From NCBI RefSeq assembly GCF_006345805.1, contig NC_042998.1, forward strand, positions 75,020,001 to 75,084,000: 64,000 nt of DNA, in the 5' to 3' direction. The translations under genes and the position numbers were made by a program. Of this stretch, positions 25,479 to 39,652 are shown one piece after another. Position 1 is the first letter of the stretch. Each line of letters begins with the position of its first letter. This DNA comes from Octopus sinensis. Lineage: Eukaryota. Under the pieces are notes generated by a model that saw nothing but the letters and a program-made list of their open reading frames with translations, was not told the DNA's origin and ran no database searches.

Positions 25479-27315
25479 TATACATAAACAATTTAAAGTA
25501 CATTTTATTATGAAACCTGAGAATTAACGCCAGGAGTTAATGACTTGGATGATATATTAATAACATAATGATGTGTGACTGTGAACTGAGAATTAATCCA
25601 TTCAAAAGGAAGCCGTTGACTATAATCGATACTTCGAACTGATAAATGACATATTGATACGTGGTTATAAATTCCAAACTGTATACCAGTCATATTTTCA
25701 ATATCAATATAACATTATTTTAATATTACTTCAATATACATATTTTTTTAATTTCCTACATGCAGTCACTAATTTCCTACAAGACAGTCTTGTACTTCAT
25801 CTTTACTTGCCACCTCTGAAAGGAATTCACATAGATAATATTGGTAAAACTGAGCAACAAACACTAGGAGACCATCTTCGGTCCAGTATAATATTGTGTA
25901 AACTTAACCAGTCTTTGACCTTCTATAAACTCAGTTAAGACCCACATGCCTGGTCACATCTGTCTTGATTTTCCTGCCGCATACGTAAATGTTCTATACC
26001 ACACAAACTGGATTTAAAACAATAAAGAAACGAGAGAAAAGTTGAAAATGCTTTCGCGCATTAATCAAGTAGGGTTCAGGAAGCACATTTCTAAGATACT
26101 ATCTCTATAAGGTGACAAGCACAATTACAGATTATTAATAGTTTATAAACTTTCTCACAGTTCGTTTGAATAGATTTCTACCTGACGTGTACAAAAATTC
26201 TGCTTCATGTGTGGTAAAGATTAGTTATACCCTACCTTTATTTCATATATATTTTTATAATCTGAACTCTTTATTACCAAAAATTGTTTTCGCATCTGAA
26301 CAGCCCCCAATAACTATTTATTTACACTTTAGTTTTCTCTGGTGGTTCTAAAACTATGACACTATAATATAAAGTTAAACAATCTTTCTTTCTTCAGGAG
26401 ACACCAATTTATTTCTTTTACTGCAAACCATTAAGAATAAAATAACTAAAACTGACACTATATAAGACAATATAAAAAGAAATATACGATAAGCTTAAAG
26501 AGAATAAACTGTTTGTACACAAACCTTGAGAATGTTTTGATGGAAGACTGAAAATGGATATATTTATATGACCATAGTAATTAAACTGCAAAATATATTT
26601 TTTTATTATTCATTTTTTGCAAAAGCAGCAACACTTCTATAGATTTTCATTATGTTGAGAATGAAATTGATAAACCAAAACAGTGTATATTACAGGTAAA
26701 AAGAGTATAAATATTTAAGTATAAACAATGAACTGCTACTGATGTAATGGCACATGCCAATCTTAGTGTTCACTTAGAAAGATGTAGGACTATTAAAAAT
26801 AGGAAATTATATGCGTAAAACATAAAATGTATTTCGTTTTTAGATGTTAATGGATGTGCTTTATATTGTAAAATCTCAATGACTCATATATTTAAGGATT
26901 AAATTTACTACTAAGCTATATGCTTCGGCAGAGTTCTTAAAGGGTAACTATTTTATTCATATTCTATTTTATATCATGTGAGAAATGCTATAAACAAAAA
27001 TATATTTTCCGGACATGTTTATTTCGCTTCCGGAAAGATTAGCATAAAACTCTTTTACTTTTCTGTCGCTCTTAGAGGATACAAAAGCGAAAAAAAAAAT
27101 GCCACTTTTCTTTTACTTCGATATGCTGGTATTGATATCTATAATTCGTAAGACTATAAATTTGCCTGGCTCAAACGAAAAGCACGTTTGGTTTGCTAGT
27201 TTGTTGCTGTGTGAATGAAGAGAATCTAACAATAATATATCACTGCCTGCCAAATTAAAATTTATGAGCTGTGAATGCAGTGAACTGCGTCAATAAATAT
27301 TATAACTTCTGTTGT

Positions 27316-27382
<67 letters not shown>

Positions 27383-28329
27383 CTTTAGTCACGAAATATT
27401 CATTTTCTCTCTGTAGATTTCGTTTGTATTCATAAAACGACCCACAGTTGTAACATCTAAAAGAAATACATTTTTGTAGTCTTCTATTTTTGTTTATTGA
27501 AAATGCATAAAGGAATTCTGAATTACAAAGTGTCTTTGTACCTCTTTTTCTACTTGCATATCAACAAACATCAAAATTGGTATACTATTTCAGTGAAAAT
27601 CTTCTATGATGTTTGAAGTCACATATAAAAATTATTCAAATGCATTATATTTTATATTTCCTTTACTAATCATTTTTTCCACTTTTACCAATAAATTCTT
27701 GATATATAAAGCAAAAAAATATTCTTCTTAATATAATTTCAGTGATAGCACTGGATTTTAAATTATATACAAGCATGAATCAAATGGGAGTCTCTTAGCC
27801 GCTGTGACTTAATGCTCACCTAAAACCTTCGCAATACAGCCTTCCAGTCTCTTAAAGTTTTGTTACGGTAACCATTTGCATAGTTTGCAAGGCATTTATG
27901 CATAAATTATAATATATATATATATACAGATAGATAGATATATATGAGGGGAGTAAAAAAAACAACAAAGAAAATACACCACTAGGTATAAAAGTAATGG
28001 CTTTTTTATAAAAACAAAGATATATACAAACAAATAAAGGATTTGATGTGGAATTAAGAAGTATAAAAATCATTATCAAGAATCAATATAGAAAGTCATA
28101 CCGGTTTCGTCATCGCTGTTCACTTTCTTCCAAACGGTGTTGGGTCTAATAGTACCTAAGTGAAAAGTTTGCATGCAAGGGAGGTAAACACTTCTGAATG
28201 TGATGCAATTAGGTTAATATGATTAATAGAGTATGATAGTATATCGGATGTATGAGGATTAGTGTGATCATTTGTCAGTAGCTTCATCAGGGATGATTTA
28301 GATAAGCTTAACACCTCCCGGAAATAATA

Positions 28330-28820
28330 AATGAAGGAACCCTATTAGAATCATCCGATGTGGTGAACATGTACACCAATATCTCATACGATTACGGTAA
28401 AAAGCAATCACTTTCTGACTAGAAAATACCCAGAAGAGATCTCAGGAGGCATCACCCACAACATCATAATCACAGCACTGAAATTCACTACTTTATGTTC
28501 GATATAATTTACTATCGACAAAAATGTGGAATTGCAATAGGAACTCGGGCTACTCCAGTTATTTCGACTAGAGCTTAAAATATACCAATTATCACATCAA
28601 AAATATGGTACCTCATTTTATTGCTACTTAAAGAGAACTGGAACAGATACTAAGATGATTGTTTTATACTTTGGAACAATAGCAAGGACAAATACCTCGA
28701 TTTCACAATAATGCTCAACAATACCAATAGCAACATACACTTCACCATATAATACAGCATAAAACAACTTCCTTTGCTTGACATCCTAATTAAAACAGTC
28801 AATAAACAGATCGAAATACG
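28330..28820 (+). mobile_element. Penelope-like RT core relic
   Basis: SSDVVNMYTNISYDYG, GIAIGTRATP (cf. GTAMGT), NWNRY*DDCFILW (cf. YLDD) and QLPLLDILIK. Confidence 0.85.
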
Positions 28821-29041
28821 CATGCTCCCGGTTCTGGAACTGTCTCGAGGCTGAGGTAGAAGCTAGGGACGGTTACTTTGAGTAAATTATTATATCATAA
28901 CAATAATGTACTTGATATGTATTGATTTTCTAAAAATAATCTATTTTCTGAAAGAGACATTGTGCGAGTTTTTTCTGTTAAGTTTAGTCCGAACACTCTG
29001 TAAATATATGCGTATACACAAAAAAAAAACAACTTACGTGC

Positions 29042-29174
<133 letters not shown>

Positions 29175-29393
29175 CGTATATATGTATGTATGTATGTATG
29201 TGTGTATGTATGTATGTATATATGTACGTATATAAAACGATAAATCAATGTAAATTAATATAACGAGATATAAAATATACTAAACTACATAATATAATTA
29301 ATTATAGATTATAAACAGTAAAAATATATATACATATACATATACATAGCTGTATATGTGTATATATCTATATATATATACATAAATGCCTGC

Positions 29394-29451
<58 letters not shown>

Positions 29452-29498
29452 TTATATATATTTGCATATTCATTTACAGATATCTATGTGGATATATG

Positions 29499-29533
<35 letters not shown>

Positions 29534-29574
29534 ACTTATGTATGTAAATATATATATATATACATATGTATATG

Positions 29575-29606
<32 letters not shown>

Positions 29607-29700
29607 CATATATATATGTACTTATGTATGTAAATATATATATATATATCTATATATATATACATATGTATATGTATATATATGTATATATATATGAATG

Positions 29701-29739
<39 letters not shown>

Positions 29740-29743
<4 letters not shown>

Positions 29744-29945
29744 AAATATTATTAGAGACAAAACCACTATTTTGCAAAACAAACAAGGAAAGACTAATAA
29801 TCAATACATAAAATTTTAATAAATAGTCAAAAAAACCGCCACTACAATCGTTTCTTGTCTTGATCGACAATCTTCAGGTGTATTTATTAAGTCTTTCCTT
29901 GTTTGTTTTGCAAAATAGTGGTTTTGTCTCTAATAATATTTTATA
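29740..29945. repeat. ~65-bp near-perfect inverted repeat with an HHR in the loop
   Basis: TATAAAATATTATTAGAGACAAAACCACTATTTTGCAAAACAAACAAGGAAAGACT and its exact reverse complement at 29890-29945. Confidence 0.9.
29840..29880 (-). ncRNA. Minimal type I hammerhead ribozyme
   Basis: CAC CTGAAGA TTGTC-gatcaa-GACAA GAA ACGATTGT A^ GTG. Core intact, 5-bp stem II, near-palindromic stem III, GUA triplet, stem I of only 3 bp. Confidence 0.75.
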
Positions 29946-30485
29946 ATATTTTACTATAAATTGGATTTAATCCTAAATCTGATTTTTTTCCCTGTAAATT
30001 TGGATTTATTCCCTAATATTTATTATATTATATATATATATATATATATAAATGTATAATGATAAATCAGTGCAAATTAATATAACGAGTTATAAGATAT
30101 ACTAAACCACATAATATAATTAATTATAGATAATAAACAGAAAACAGAGTAATAATTGAAATCGCGATGAAGGTAATATCATTTTTCGTTAACGAGCTGC
30201 ATTATTACAAAAGAAAAAAATAAAACTACACCCATAATGAGAGTTATAAAATAAAAGGGAATACTATAATATGATGAGATGAAATCAAACTACAATCTAA
30301 TGATAGAAGGATAATAATCAATTATTTGACGACGGAATAAAATTGCAGTTATGCCTTGCTTCAAAATCAGTGTGGTTGGCATGTGACTCGCAATACGGGA
30401 TTAATATTCAATTGACGTGGACTGTGGGCGGATACATATGCATATCGATTCACTCACAATACACATATACGTGTATATATATGTA

Positions 30486-30566
<81 letters not shown>

Positions 30567-30733
30567 TATATACATATACCTATGTACATAGTATAAAAAT
30601 ATATTATATATATAAAGATAGGTAGATAGATAGATAGATGCGCGCACATACACGCACACAACACACACACAGACATATCTATATCTATATGTATATATAT
30701 ATATGTGTTGTGTGTGTGTGTGTGTGTTGTAAC

Positions 30734-31045
30734 AGTGAAGGCGCATGGCTCAGTGGTTAGAACGTCGGGCTTACGATCGTGAGGTTGTGAGTTTGAATCC
30801 CGGACCGAGCTGCGTGTTGTGTTCTTGAGCAGTTCACTCAGCTGTAGAAATGAGTTGCAACATCTCAGGTGACAAGATGTGTCGTCTTTTGCCTTTCCTT
30901 TGGATAACACTGGTGTCGTGGAGAGGGGAAGCCGGTATGCATGTATGACTGCTGGTCTTCCATAAACCACCTTGCCCGAATTTGTGCCTGGGAGGGTAAC
31001 TTTCTAAGTGCAATCCCATGGTCAGTCATGACCGAAGGGAGTCTC
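30734..31045 (+). mobile_element. tRNA-derived SINE (second family)
   Basis: A box TGGCTCAGTGG, B box GAGTTTGAATCCC, then TGTGTTCTTGAGCA and a GC-richer body. Confidence 0.8.
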
Positions 31046-31234
31046 AGCACAGAATATGTAAAATTTAATTTCTCTATGTATGCGTGATGATATGTATGTA
31101 TGTATGTATGTATATATGTTTCGCAGTTAACCATTTAAATTACCAACTACTGTTAACATTATAGCAAAGCCTATACATAGTGAGGTAAATCACCAATTGT
31201 ACCTACGGATATTTTTATCCCTTACATAACCTCT

Positions 31235-31272
<38 letters not shown>

Positions 31273-31879
31273 GAATGTACGTATACACATTCATGTATAT
31301 ATCTATGTATATATACATGTCTGTATGCATGTATGTATGAAGTGCTTGAAATGATTGCAACAAAACATATTAAATTTACCTGATCATTAACGGATCAAAT
31401 ATAGGGAATTTATCCTTTGAATCAGGAACATATTGTTAAGAAATTTTACGTAACGCACAAACACATAGAAATACATTAATATATAAACGTAATAATTGAA
31501 TTAATATATTAGAAATATTTTTTTTTACTCTCCCGTTGCGACTTTTAAAGAGTAAAGTGCCAAACAATTATTCTGAAGAACCTTCCATCTTTTAGAATAA
31601 TGAAACTAATTGATTTATTGACTCAATGTGTTTTGCTAAATTGCATCAAACCGTATAATTGACTTTATTTGAATCATAGCGTAAACCATTAGGGATATTT
31701 ATAGCAGTAAACTTATAAATCATCCGCGTATTTATAAATCCTGTTTTTCATGTTAAGTTCTATAATAGCAAAACTGACACACGGTTTTTAGGCTTCTTTC
31801 ATAATAAAATTCATTCGCTAAAACATAAAACAGTTCTGCTTCAAAAATCAATTTGAAATCAATGGAACGGGCAGACCCG

Positions 31880-31903
31880 ATAATAGTAATAATAATAGTA
31901 ATG

Positions 31904-31953
<50 letters not shown>

Positions 31954-31987
31954 TAATAATAATAATAATGATGATGATGATGATGAT
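31880..31987. repeat. (AAT)n(GAT)n microsatellite
   Basis: Directly visible. Confidence 0.95.
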
Positions 31988-32252
31988 ATAGAAATAAAGT
32001 TATATTTCGGATGTAGGTTCAGTTAATTAGATCGACCTCAGTACTTGACTTGAATTTATTTCAGCGACCCGGAAGAACTGAAACGAAGATTACATAGGGG
32101 CTGATGATAGAGTCGGTCAGACGCGAAATAGAGTCATTCTCTGTATGTGAGTATGTACAGATGTACGTATGCATTTATGCATGTATGTATGAATGTATGT
32201 ATGTATATATGTATGTATGTATGTGTGTGTGTATGTACTGTATATATACATG

Positions 32253-32288
<36 letters not shown>

Positions 32289-32757
32289 GTTTCATATGTG
32301 TGTGTGTGCGCGCGTATGTATGTGTACATACACACATACAAATACATATATATATATAGATATATATATGTATGTATATATGCATGTATTTATGTATGTA
32401 TGTATGTATATATACATATATATATATATATGTATACACACAATGTTCATTACAAAATGTACAGTTCAGTAAATTTCAATATCTTTCAGAAAGCATTTTA
32501 ATATTGCATGGCATTATTTGCGAAAATAAAGTCTTTGCAAAATATTGAAGCATAAAAATTATTTAGCAGTTGCATGAATTTATTTCTCTTTGACCTTCAA
32601 AAAATAATATGACATATACATCTTCTTTCTTAGAAGCCCATTACCTTTGTTTATATTATCCTCTCAGTAGCGGTGAAATCATATACATGAATAACAGAGA
32701 CTATTCAGAGTTCCCAGCTCTCGAAAGTCGCCTATTTTTCACTCTTGCTAACCGTAT

Positions 32758-35700
32758 TGTAATGTATGACCAGTGAATCCTGCTTCAAAGAAACTAGTTC
32801 TTAGTCATAGTCCTGTACGTTATTCCGAATGCCCGTTCTCTCTCTTCCTCTTCCTGTCAAATGCGTATGCTCTTTATATCAACGTTATTTGCATAATATT
32901 CACTCACTCATAGATAAAGAACGAAAAATCATAGATCAAGCCTCTACGGGGCTTCCCGAATCCTTTGTGATCGACGCAGCTGAGGTGATTCTTTTTGTCT
33001 CGACGTTTATCTCTAGCAAGAGGAGAAATTTCAGTTGGTTCCCTATCTGGCTCTTGAGGGACAAATGTTTGGGTTAATCTTCTCTGGTGATGCCAATTGT
33101 TTTGTGGATACTGTGGCTTAGCAACCGTCTGGGTAACGAACGTGAGCGTATTGGGGTTTGGCTTCGATTAAATCAATTTGGTCCACGATAGAGTCATACT
33201 TGTTAGTACAAGTGTTCCTTTGAAGAGGCGCAGGTCCTGGGTTAAGAAGCCATGTTGACATAGATGTTCCTGTTGCTGAATGTCTTTGATAGTTAAAACG
33301 TTCGTGATCTGATAGAATGCAACCCGTCTCGGAGAACAGTTTCCCATGAAGATACTGGAAGGGCACGGGTTTTCAAAGAGATTAGTGCTGACTTCCAAAT
33401 AATACCATTATATCTTTCTACTTGACTGTTCCTAGTGGGATTGTATGGTGTCGTCCTATTCGTTGAAAGCCATTCTCTCAATCTTGTAGACATAAAGGCT
33501 GTTCCACGATCTGAATATACATAATTGGGCATACCAAAAGCTGAGAACAAGTCTGTATGACACTTTATAAGAGTCTTAGCTGATGTGTCAAATACTGGAT
33601 AACCACATGGAAACCAAGAGTATTCGACAACTATTGTTAGGAGATAAGGATGCTTCGTGAAATCGGACCTTTGAAATCGATGGAAATTCGCTCGAAGGGT
33701 TGTATGGCCTTAATTAACTGACTCTGGTTTATAATATTGTGGTTTCACTTCTTAATATATAGAGCAATTCCTACATATTTGTTTCATGTTCTCTAACGAA
33801 TATGGAATATTTCTACTGCGGACGAAATGATGAAGGCGTACTATACCAGGATGGCACAGTGCTGCATGTAACTCATAAAGTGAATGTGAACTAATTGCTG
33901 AACAGCGTACCCTGTGAATGCTTCAGAAGCGATGTTACTGGATCCTGGGCGATAGTGAATATCATATGAGATAACGCAATGCGCCATCTCATAATTTTAT
34001 CAGTTTTAATTTTTGCTCGTCACTATATAATTATACATGAATGCATCTGAACGTTGATCAGTAATTAATGTAAAATGCCTACCTAGAAGAAAGTGTCTCC
34101 AATGATGAATTGATTCGATAATTTCTTGGGCTTCCTTTTCAAATGATTATTTGTACTGTTCGCTACCTTGCAACGTGCGAGACTGGAATGCAACTGGTCT
34201 TCCATCTTGATTTAGTGTTGCAGATATGGCAACATCCGAACGAACCGGCTCAACAGTAAATGGAATGTTCTCATCTACTACTTGAATGGTTGCATTGGCT
34301 AGTTCTACCTTTAATGACTCAAATGCTTTTACTTGTTGGCTGTTTAGAGGAAATTTAATACGTTATTTAGAGAATATATTTTGTCATAAAATTTGGAGAT
34401 CCACTTAGCATAAGAAAACATACCGACTATACGTTTTAATGCTTTCTGGTCAGTTGCTGTACGAAGATTGAGGAGTGAATCAAGCCTTTCTGGGTCAGGG
34501 TTGAGGATATTGTGTGAGATACGGTATCCAAGAAAGTCAAGCATTGTTGTTGAGTAAACGCATTTGTCTTCATTCATGGTAAGCCCTTCACTTTTTGCTA
34601 CCATTTCAAATTTTTATCGTGCTCACTTTGATATTTCCCACGTATGCTTCAATTTTCTATGAATGGGAACGTACCTCGCAGCTTATATTTACTCACGAAG
34701 TCGTCCATTTTACGTTGGAAACCTGCGCTGCCGTTAGTTACTCCGAATAGAATCCTAGTATAATGCCATAATTTACCATCAGCTTCAAAGGCAGTAAATT
34801 AACTGTCTTTCTTTGGCGATAGTGTTCACTAACACATCAATTTTAGGAAGCAGGTAGGCATCAAGCTGTGTATATCTGTTAATCGTCTCTGAGTAGTCAA
34901 TAACCATTCTTCGATTTTTTTTTTCTTGAACAGCTAACACTTGCGATCTCCAAGGGGAGTTACTAGGTTCAATAATGTTCGCAGCTGCTAAGCGGCGTAC
35001 TTCTGTCCTGGTGAACTCTCGATCACGTTCCGAGTATTTTCGCGATTTGGTTGCAATAGGTTTACATTCCTCTCTGAGATGAGCGAATAGCTTTGGGGGA
35101 TCAGTTTTCATAGCTGTTAGCGCAGTAAATGTTAATGGTAGTCTCTGTTCTCCATATCATATGGAAATACTTTCTTGCAATTCTTGGAAGTCAGTGCCCA
35201 GAATTAGGTCAGTGTACAAGTTTATGAGCACGTACAGTTTCACATGGCAGTATTTCTGATTATTCAAGGTTAGTGAAACAGCGCATTATCCATTGGATTC
35301 CACAGAAAGAGATGCAGAAGCCATACCAATGACGTTCTTCAATTTGACCGTCTTGATGTTGAGTGTTCACTAGCTTATCACTGATGAAGCTCTTGTCAGT
35401 GCTACCGCTATGAAGGTTTCGGCTTTATAGCTATTGTTCAGTATAGCCATGGAGATTACTCGGAAGGGTGAACCTGCTGATGCTGATACTGCCAATGGAA
35501 AATCATATTTACCATCATCCTGTGTTACAGTTGCTACGTTGCTCCTACATAGTTTCTTTTAGCATTTGTGACAGACTGCTTTCCACGCAGGGCGGTGAGT
35601 CTGCGAGTGTCTGGAATAGCCGCAAAAACCAACATTGAAAGGAGTCTCCATTTCGGGTCGCGGTAGAGTGTTTTCGTTCCTGCTTTGGGGAATCTGTTGG

Positions 35701-36442
35701 CTTAGCTACAATTGGTGCAGTTGGACTGAAGTTGGCACCCTCAGAGTTTAGAAAGACACTGGAACTCTATTGCGCCACATCAAAAGTACTGAGGTCGACA
35801 CTTTTGTTTTCTAATAGTCTTTGTCGTATTTGATTCGAAGTGAGCCCATTTATAAATGCATCTCGAATCATTTCAGACGGGTACTGCTCAGCACTCACTG
35901 CAACAAAGTCACAGTCTTTCGCTAATATTTTGAGATTGTTTAAGAACTGGTCTAGAGATTCCCCTGCCTTCTGTTTTCTTGTGGCTAAAAGATGGCGTGC
36001 CATTACGATGTTCCTTGGTTTAATGCACACACTCTTTAGTGTATTCACAGCTTGATCATAGTTCTTAGCTTCACTGATGAATTCGTATACGTTCAGTTCC
36101 AAATAATTAATCAAAAGATTGAGTTTATCGATAATCCTATCTTCCTGCCCTGGTAGTGAGTATATAAAGTTGGTGAAAGTTCTAAACCAGTGATTAAAAG
36201 TTTTATCAGCATTTGTAGAATTTGGGTCTACATTCAATCTGTCAGGTTTCAAGTATCTTTCCATATCGTTCACGTCTTTTCACAAATTTATTTCTCAATA
36301 GACTGCTCTGCAACTTTTCCCAATTGTGTATTTCTTGTTTCAAAGAAACTAATTTTTTGTCATAGTCCTTTACTTTATTCCGAATGGCTGTTCTCCCTCT
36401 TCTTCTTCCTGTCAAATGCCCATGCTTTTTATTTGCATAACA
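32758..36442 (-). mobile_element. Ty3/Gypsy LTR retrotransposon, complete provirus with decayed ORFs
   Basis: TG...CA LTRs at 32758-32902 and 36325-36442, and TSD CGTAT at 32753-32757 and 36443-36447. Minus-strand order is gag (35767-36273) with a Cys-knuckle relic, protease LHSGSTDKSFI, RT (IIEPSNSPWRS, RMVIDYS, LDFLGY), RNase H (SDVAISATLNQDGRPVAF), integrase (LCHPG, FERISIDFKGP, SDRGTAF, QVERYNG). Confidence 0.95.
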
Positions 36443-37244
36443 CGTATGAAAGTTGTACTATCTGATTTCCCCTACTACTGTTGACAAGATCTATACTTTT
36501 CAAGGATTAAACTCGTAACACCAAGTGGTCCCTTATCAAGGCGCCTATCTTGAACCCGATCGCAATTCTAGTTTCTAAATCTTTTATCGGCTTATTTCAT
36601 CTTAATCGATTATTGCATTAGGGTAAGGAAGAAGTTCTGTTGAGCCTGGTATGTGAATAATGTGTGCATAAATATTTCAGTATGAATACCTATAGTTCTA
36701 ATGTATATAGTATCTCCTTCTTTCAAACTAATATGTACTAAATATTTCGTATTCTGGATGGATACAGGTCACTCACACTCACTCACGCTTATGTATGTAT
36801 GTATGTATGTATGTATGTATGTATGTATGTATGTATGTATGTATGCATGTATGTATGCATGTATGTATGCATGCATGCATGTATGTATGTATGTATATGT
36901 GTATATATGTATGTGTTTGTGTGTTGTCTGAGATACAGAGTTCAATACAATATGACTGTTTCGCAGTTACAGGACAACATTTGATAGTGGTCATTGGGCG
37001 TATTGTCTATGGTCACTGCCTATGTGAATTCTTCATATATATTTTGCTTCAACCGATTGTCTGAATTTGCAATTACTCCCACGAAATGGAATGATGGACA
37101 TCTACGAAACCTGGAATAGAAAAAGTTAACTAGTTTATTTCCGTGTACAATGATGCATACATACATAAATAAAATATATATTCATAACATGTATACCTAT
37201 TCAGAAATATTTAGAAAAATACAGAGAGAACTGCAAGAACTCAC

Positions 37245-37325
37245 ATTCAAGCAAATATACATTAGATACACTTGAGGTCTACTGAGATAACCTTGTGATA
37301 CAGAATTCAACGCCGGAAAAATAAT
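37245..37325 (-). other. Candidate 81-nt spliced exon
   Basis: Acceptor TTCTCGTTTTTTTTGTTTGTTACAG and donor GTGAGT. Length is divisible by 3 and one frame is open (IIFPALNSVSQGYLSRPQVYLMYICLN). No recognised homology. Confidence 0.25.
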
Positions 37326-37888
37326 CTGTAACAAACAAAAAAAACGAGAAGTGTACAGCATCAAAGAAAAGAAATAACAGTTTGTTTTCACCGAATGTGG
37401 TGTTTGTGGCTAGCATAACTAAATATATCGTTTATATCAATACAACTATCCAGAATAAGCTTAAAAACTGACTACCAACTTGCATTTAGGAATACAATAC
37501 TCTAGCAAATTTGGTTACTACACTTTCTGGTCACGAGTGGTCGGTAACTGCATACAAATCATTGACAATTGCTAAAGAAAAACCGAGGGAGACAATCAAT
37601 ATTAATACTGGTTATTTATTGGATAAACTCACTAGAGAATGGATTATTGGATAGGGAATATTTTGTCAGAATATTTTAAACAAATGAAATTTGAATATAT
37701 TTTTTTTAGCACTTCCTGAATCGATCATACGCTATAAAGACACACACGGAGATAAACATGAATGTACGAACGCACGCACACACATACATGCATATACACA
37801 CATGCACAGGAATATATTTGATGTTCTCTTCAATAATTGTACGTGACATCATTTGTATAATTATTTAGTTTACTTATTTATAGACATA

Positions 37889-37935
<47 letters not shown>

Positions 37936-39120
37936 TATTACTACTACAACAGTGTTTGAAGTTGTTGAATAAACGTGCTATATACGCAGTAGAAAATTAA
38001 ATGGGAGAAGAAGTTAATAGAAAATACAGAACATATTCGGTTATTAGAAAGTAAAAGTATAAAAGAATGAAAAGAGGTAACATAAGGAAAAATATGATTC
38101 GAGTTGAATTCGTGCAATTTTTTAGAAAATATGTGATATGTAGTTTGTTAAATACTAGTAGCAGAGTATATACTAAATCTATGTGCACCAACGAGACTAA
38201 ATGCAAGTTTAGATCTATTAATTTTAATATACATTTTATCCCACGTAGATGTGCGTCCTTGTAACATTTGCTACGTAACTAATATGCAATACTGTATTTT
38301 GAAGTACCATTATGAAAAGAAGGATATAACATTGCCTGGCATATGTGAAATTATATGTAAAAGAAAGCATAGATACATATGCATTATTGTATCAGCTAAT
38401 GTATGTATATGTTTGCGTGTGTCTGTGTGCGTGTGTGTGTACGAGTGTGCATGTATTTGTGAGTTCCTGTCTGCATGCGTATTTTTCATAAATATCCTTT
38501 CATTGCTATATAAAGGATATCCAGATAAATGTTTAAAAAAGAAAACATTACACATTACTCGTAAAGCTGTTTTCATTGTTTATTAAAATATAGATATATT
38601 CATACATCCACATGAAGAAATTTGTGAACATAGTCGCTTAATCCACTTTCATGTCTTCATATGTATATGTATATGTAAAATTTAAACACATGTAACGATC
38701 TCCGAACCTTTCTGGTCACAAAAAATAAATCTGAATTAACCTTTCTGATTCCACTTTGATGATTTTAATGATGTTTGTTAGTTACAACATAATTTCCATG
38801 ATCCTTGATCTACTTTGAACATGCGGGAAGAAAAATGTCATTATCATACAAAATTGATTGAAATGATGGCAAAGATAATCTAGATACGATCGGCTTAGCC
38901 CAGAGAATAGTTATTCTAAAATAAACGCTGTAACTAGTAAGGAAATATGGATAGTAACGCTACAAATTTATAAATAAGGAGTATACAGTTTCGAAGAGAA
39001 ATGCATTTCTGCTCAAAATCAGGGAGGTGTATTATCGTTACAAAAATGATTATTTGACGCGGTGACATGATTTGATCAAATGGTTTTGTTGTAGTATGTT
39101 GAGATTACCAAGGAGACAAC

Positions 39121-39268
39121 AAATTCTTAATAGCAGAAACCTGTACAACCGTGCAACAGAAGAAGATCACAACATTCGTACAATATTGGTTAAATTCTTA
39201 ATAGCAGAAACCTGTACAACCGTGCAACAGAAGAAGATCACAACATTCGTACAATATTGGTTAAATTC
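39121..39268. repeat. Perfect 71-bp tandem duplication
   Basis: 39121-39191 equals 39192-39262, followed by a third AAATTC. Confidence 0.95.
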
Positions 39269-39439
39269 ACTCTTTTTTCCCTTAATTCGCATGATATAGA
39301 AGGTCGGTGAACCTTTATTTCCCATGAGATATGAAAGGTCAGAGGACCGCTTATCTCATGAGATTTTTTATGTAAGGCATTATGGGTTTTATTGAGTGAT
39401 GCCTATCTTTCTAATAGTGTCGTTAAATATTTATTTCAA

Positions 39440-39652
39440 ATGTTGGTACATTGCCAGCAATTTCGGGGTGGGAGGGGTAAGTCGATTACAGAGATCCCAG
39501 TGTTTGACTGGGACTTATGTTATCCACCCTCCGAAAGGCCGAAAGGCTGAAAGGCAAAGTCGACATCGGCAGAATTTGAACTCAAAACGAAAAGATGGAC
39601 AAATGCCGCTAAGCATCTTGCCTGGCGTGTTAACGATTCTACTACCTCGCTA
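39440..39652 (-). mobile_element. tRNA-derived SINE relic with a Meta-domain-like centre
   Basis: Minus strand GAGTTCAAATTCTGCCGATGTCGACTTTGCCTTTCAGCCTTTCGG...GATAACATAAGTCCCAGT...GTAATCGACTTA. A further fragment lies at ~32020-32090. Confidence 0.7.

Larger units (their letters stand above)
29238..30140. repeat. ~80-bp direct repeat pair (29238-29318 and 30060-30140) bracketing microsatellite and the HHR hairpin
   Basis: GATAAATCA.TG.AAATTAATATAACGAG...ACATAATATAATTAATTATAGAT.ATAAACAG occurs at both positions. Confidence 0.8.

Noticed and set aside
28090-28300. Minus-strand CTGATGA (~28285) and GAAACCGGTA (~28100) read as one long HHR
   Set aside because: Stems I and II do not pair between the two halves; only a 3' half-motif is supported.
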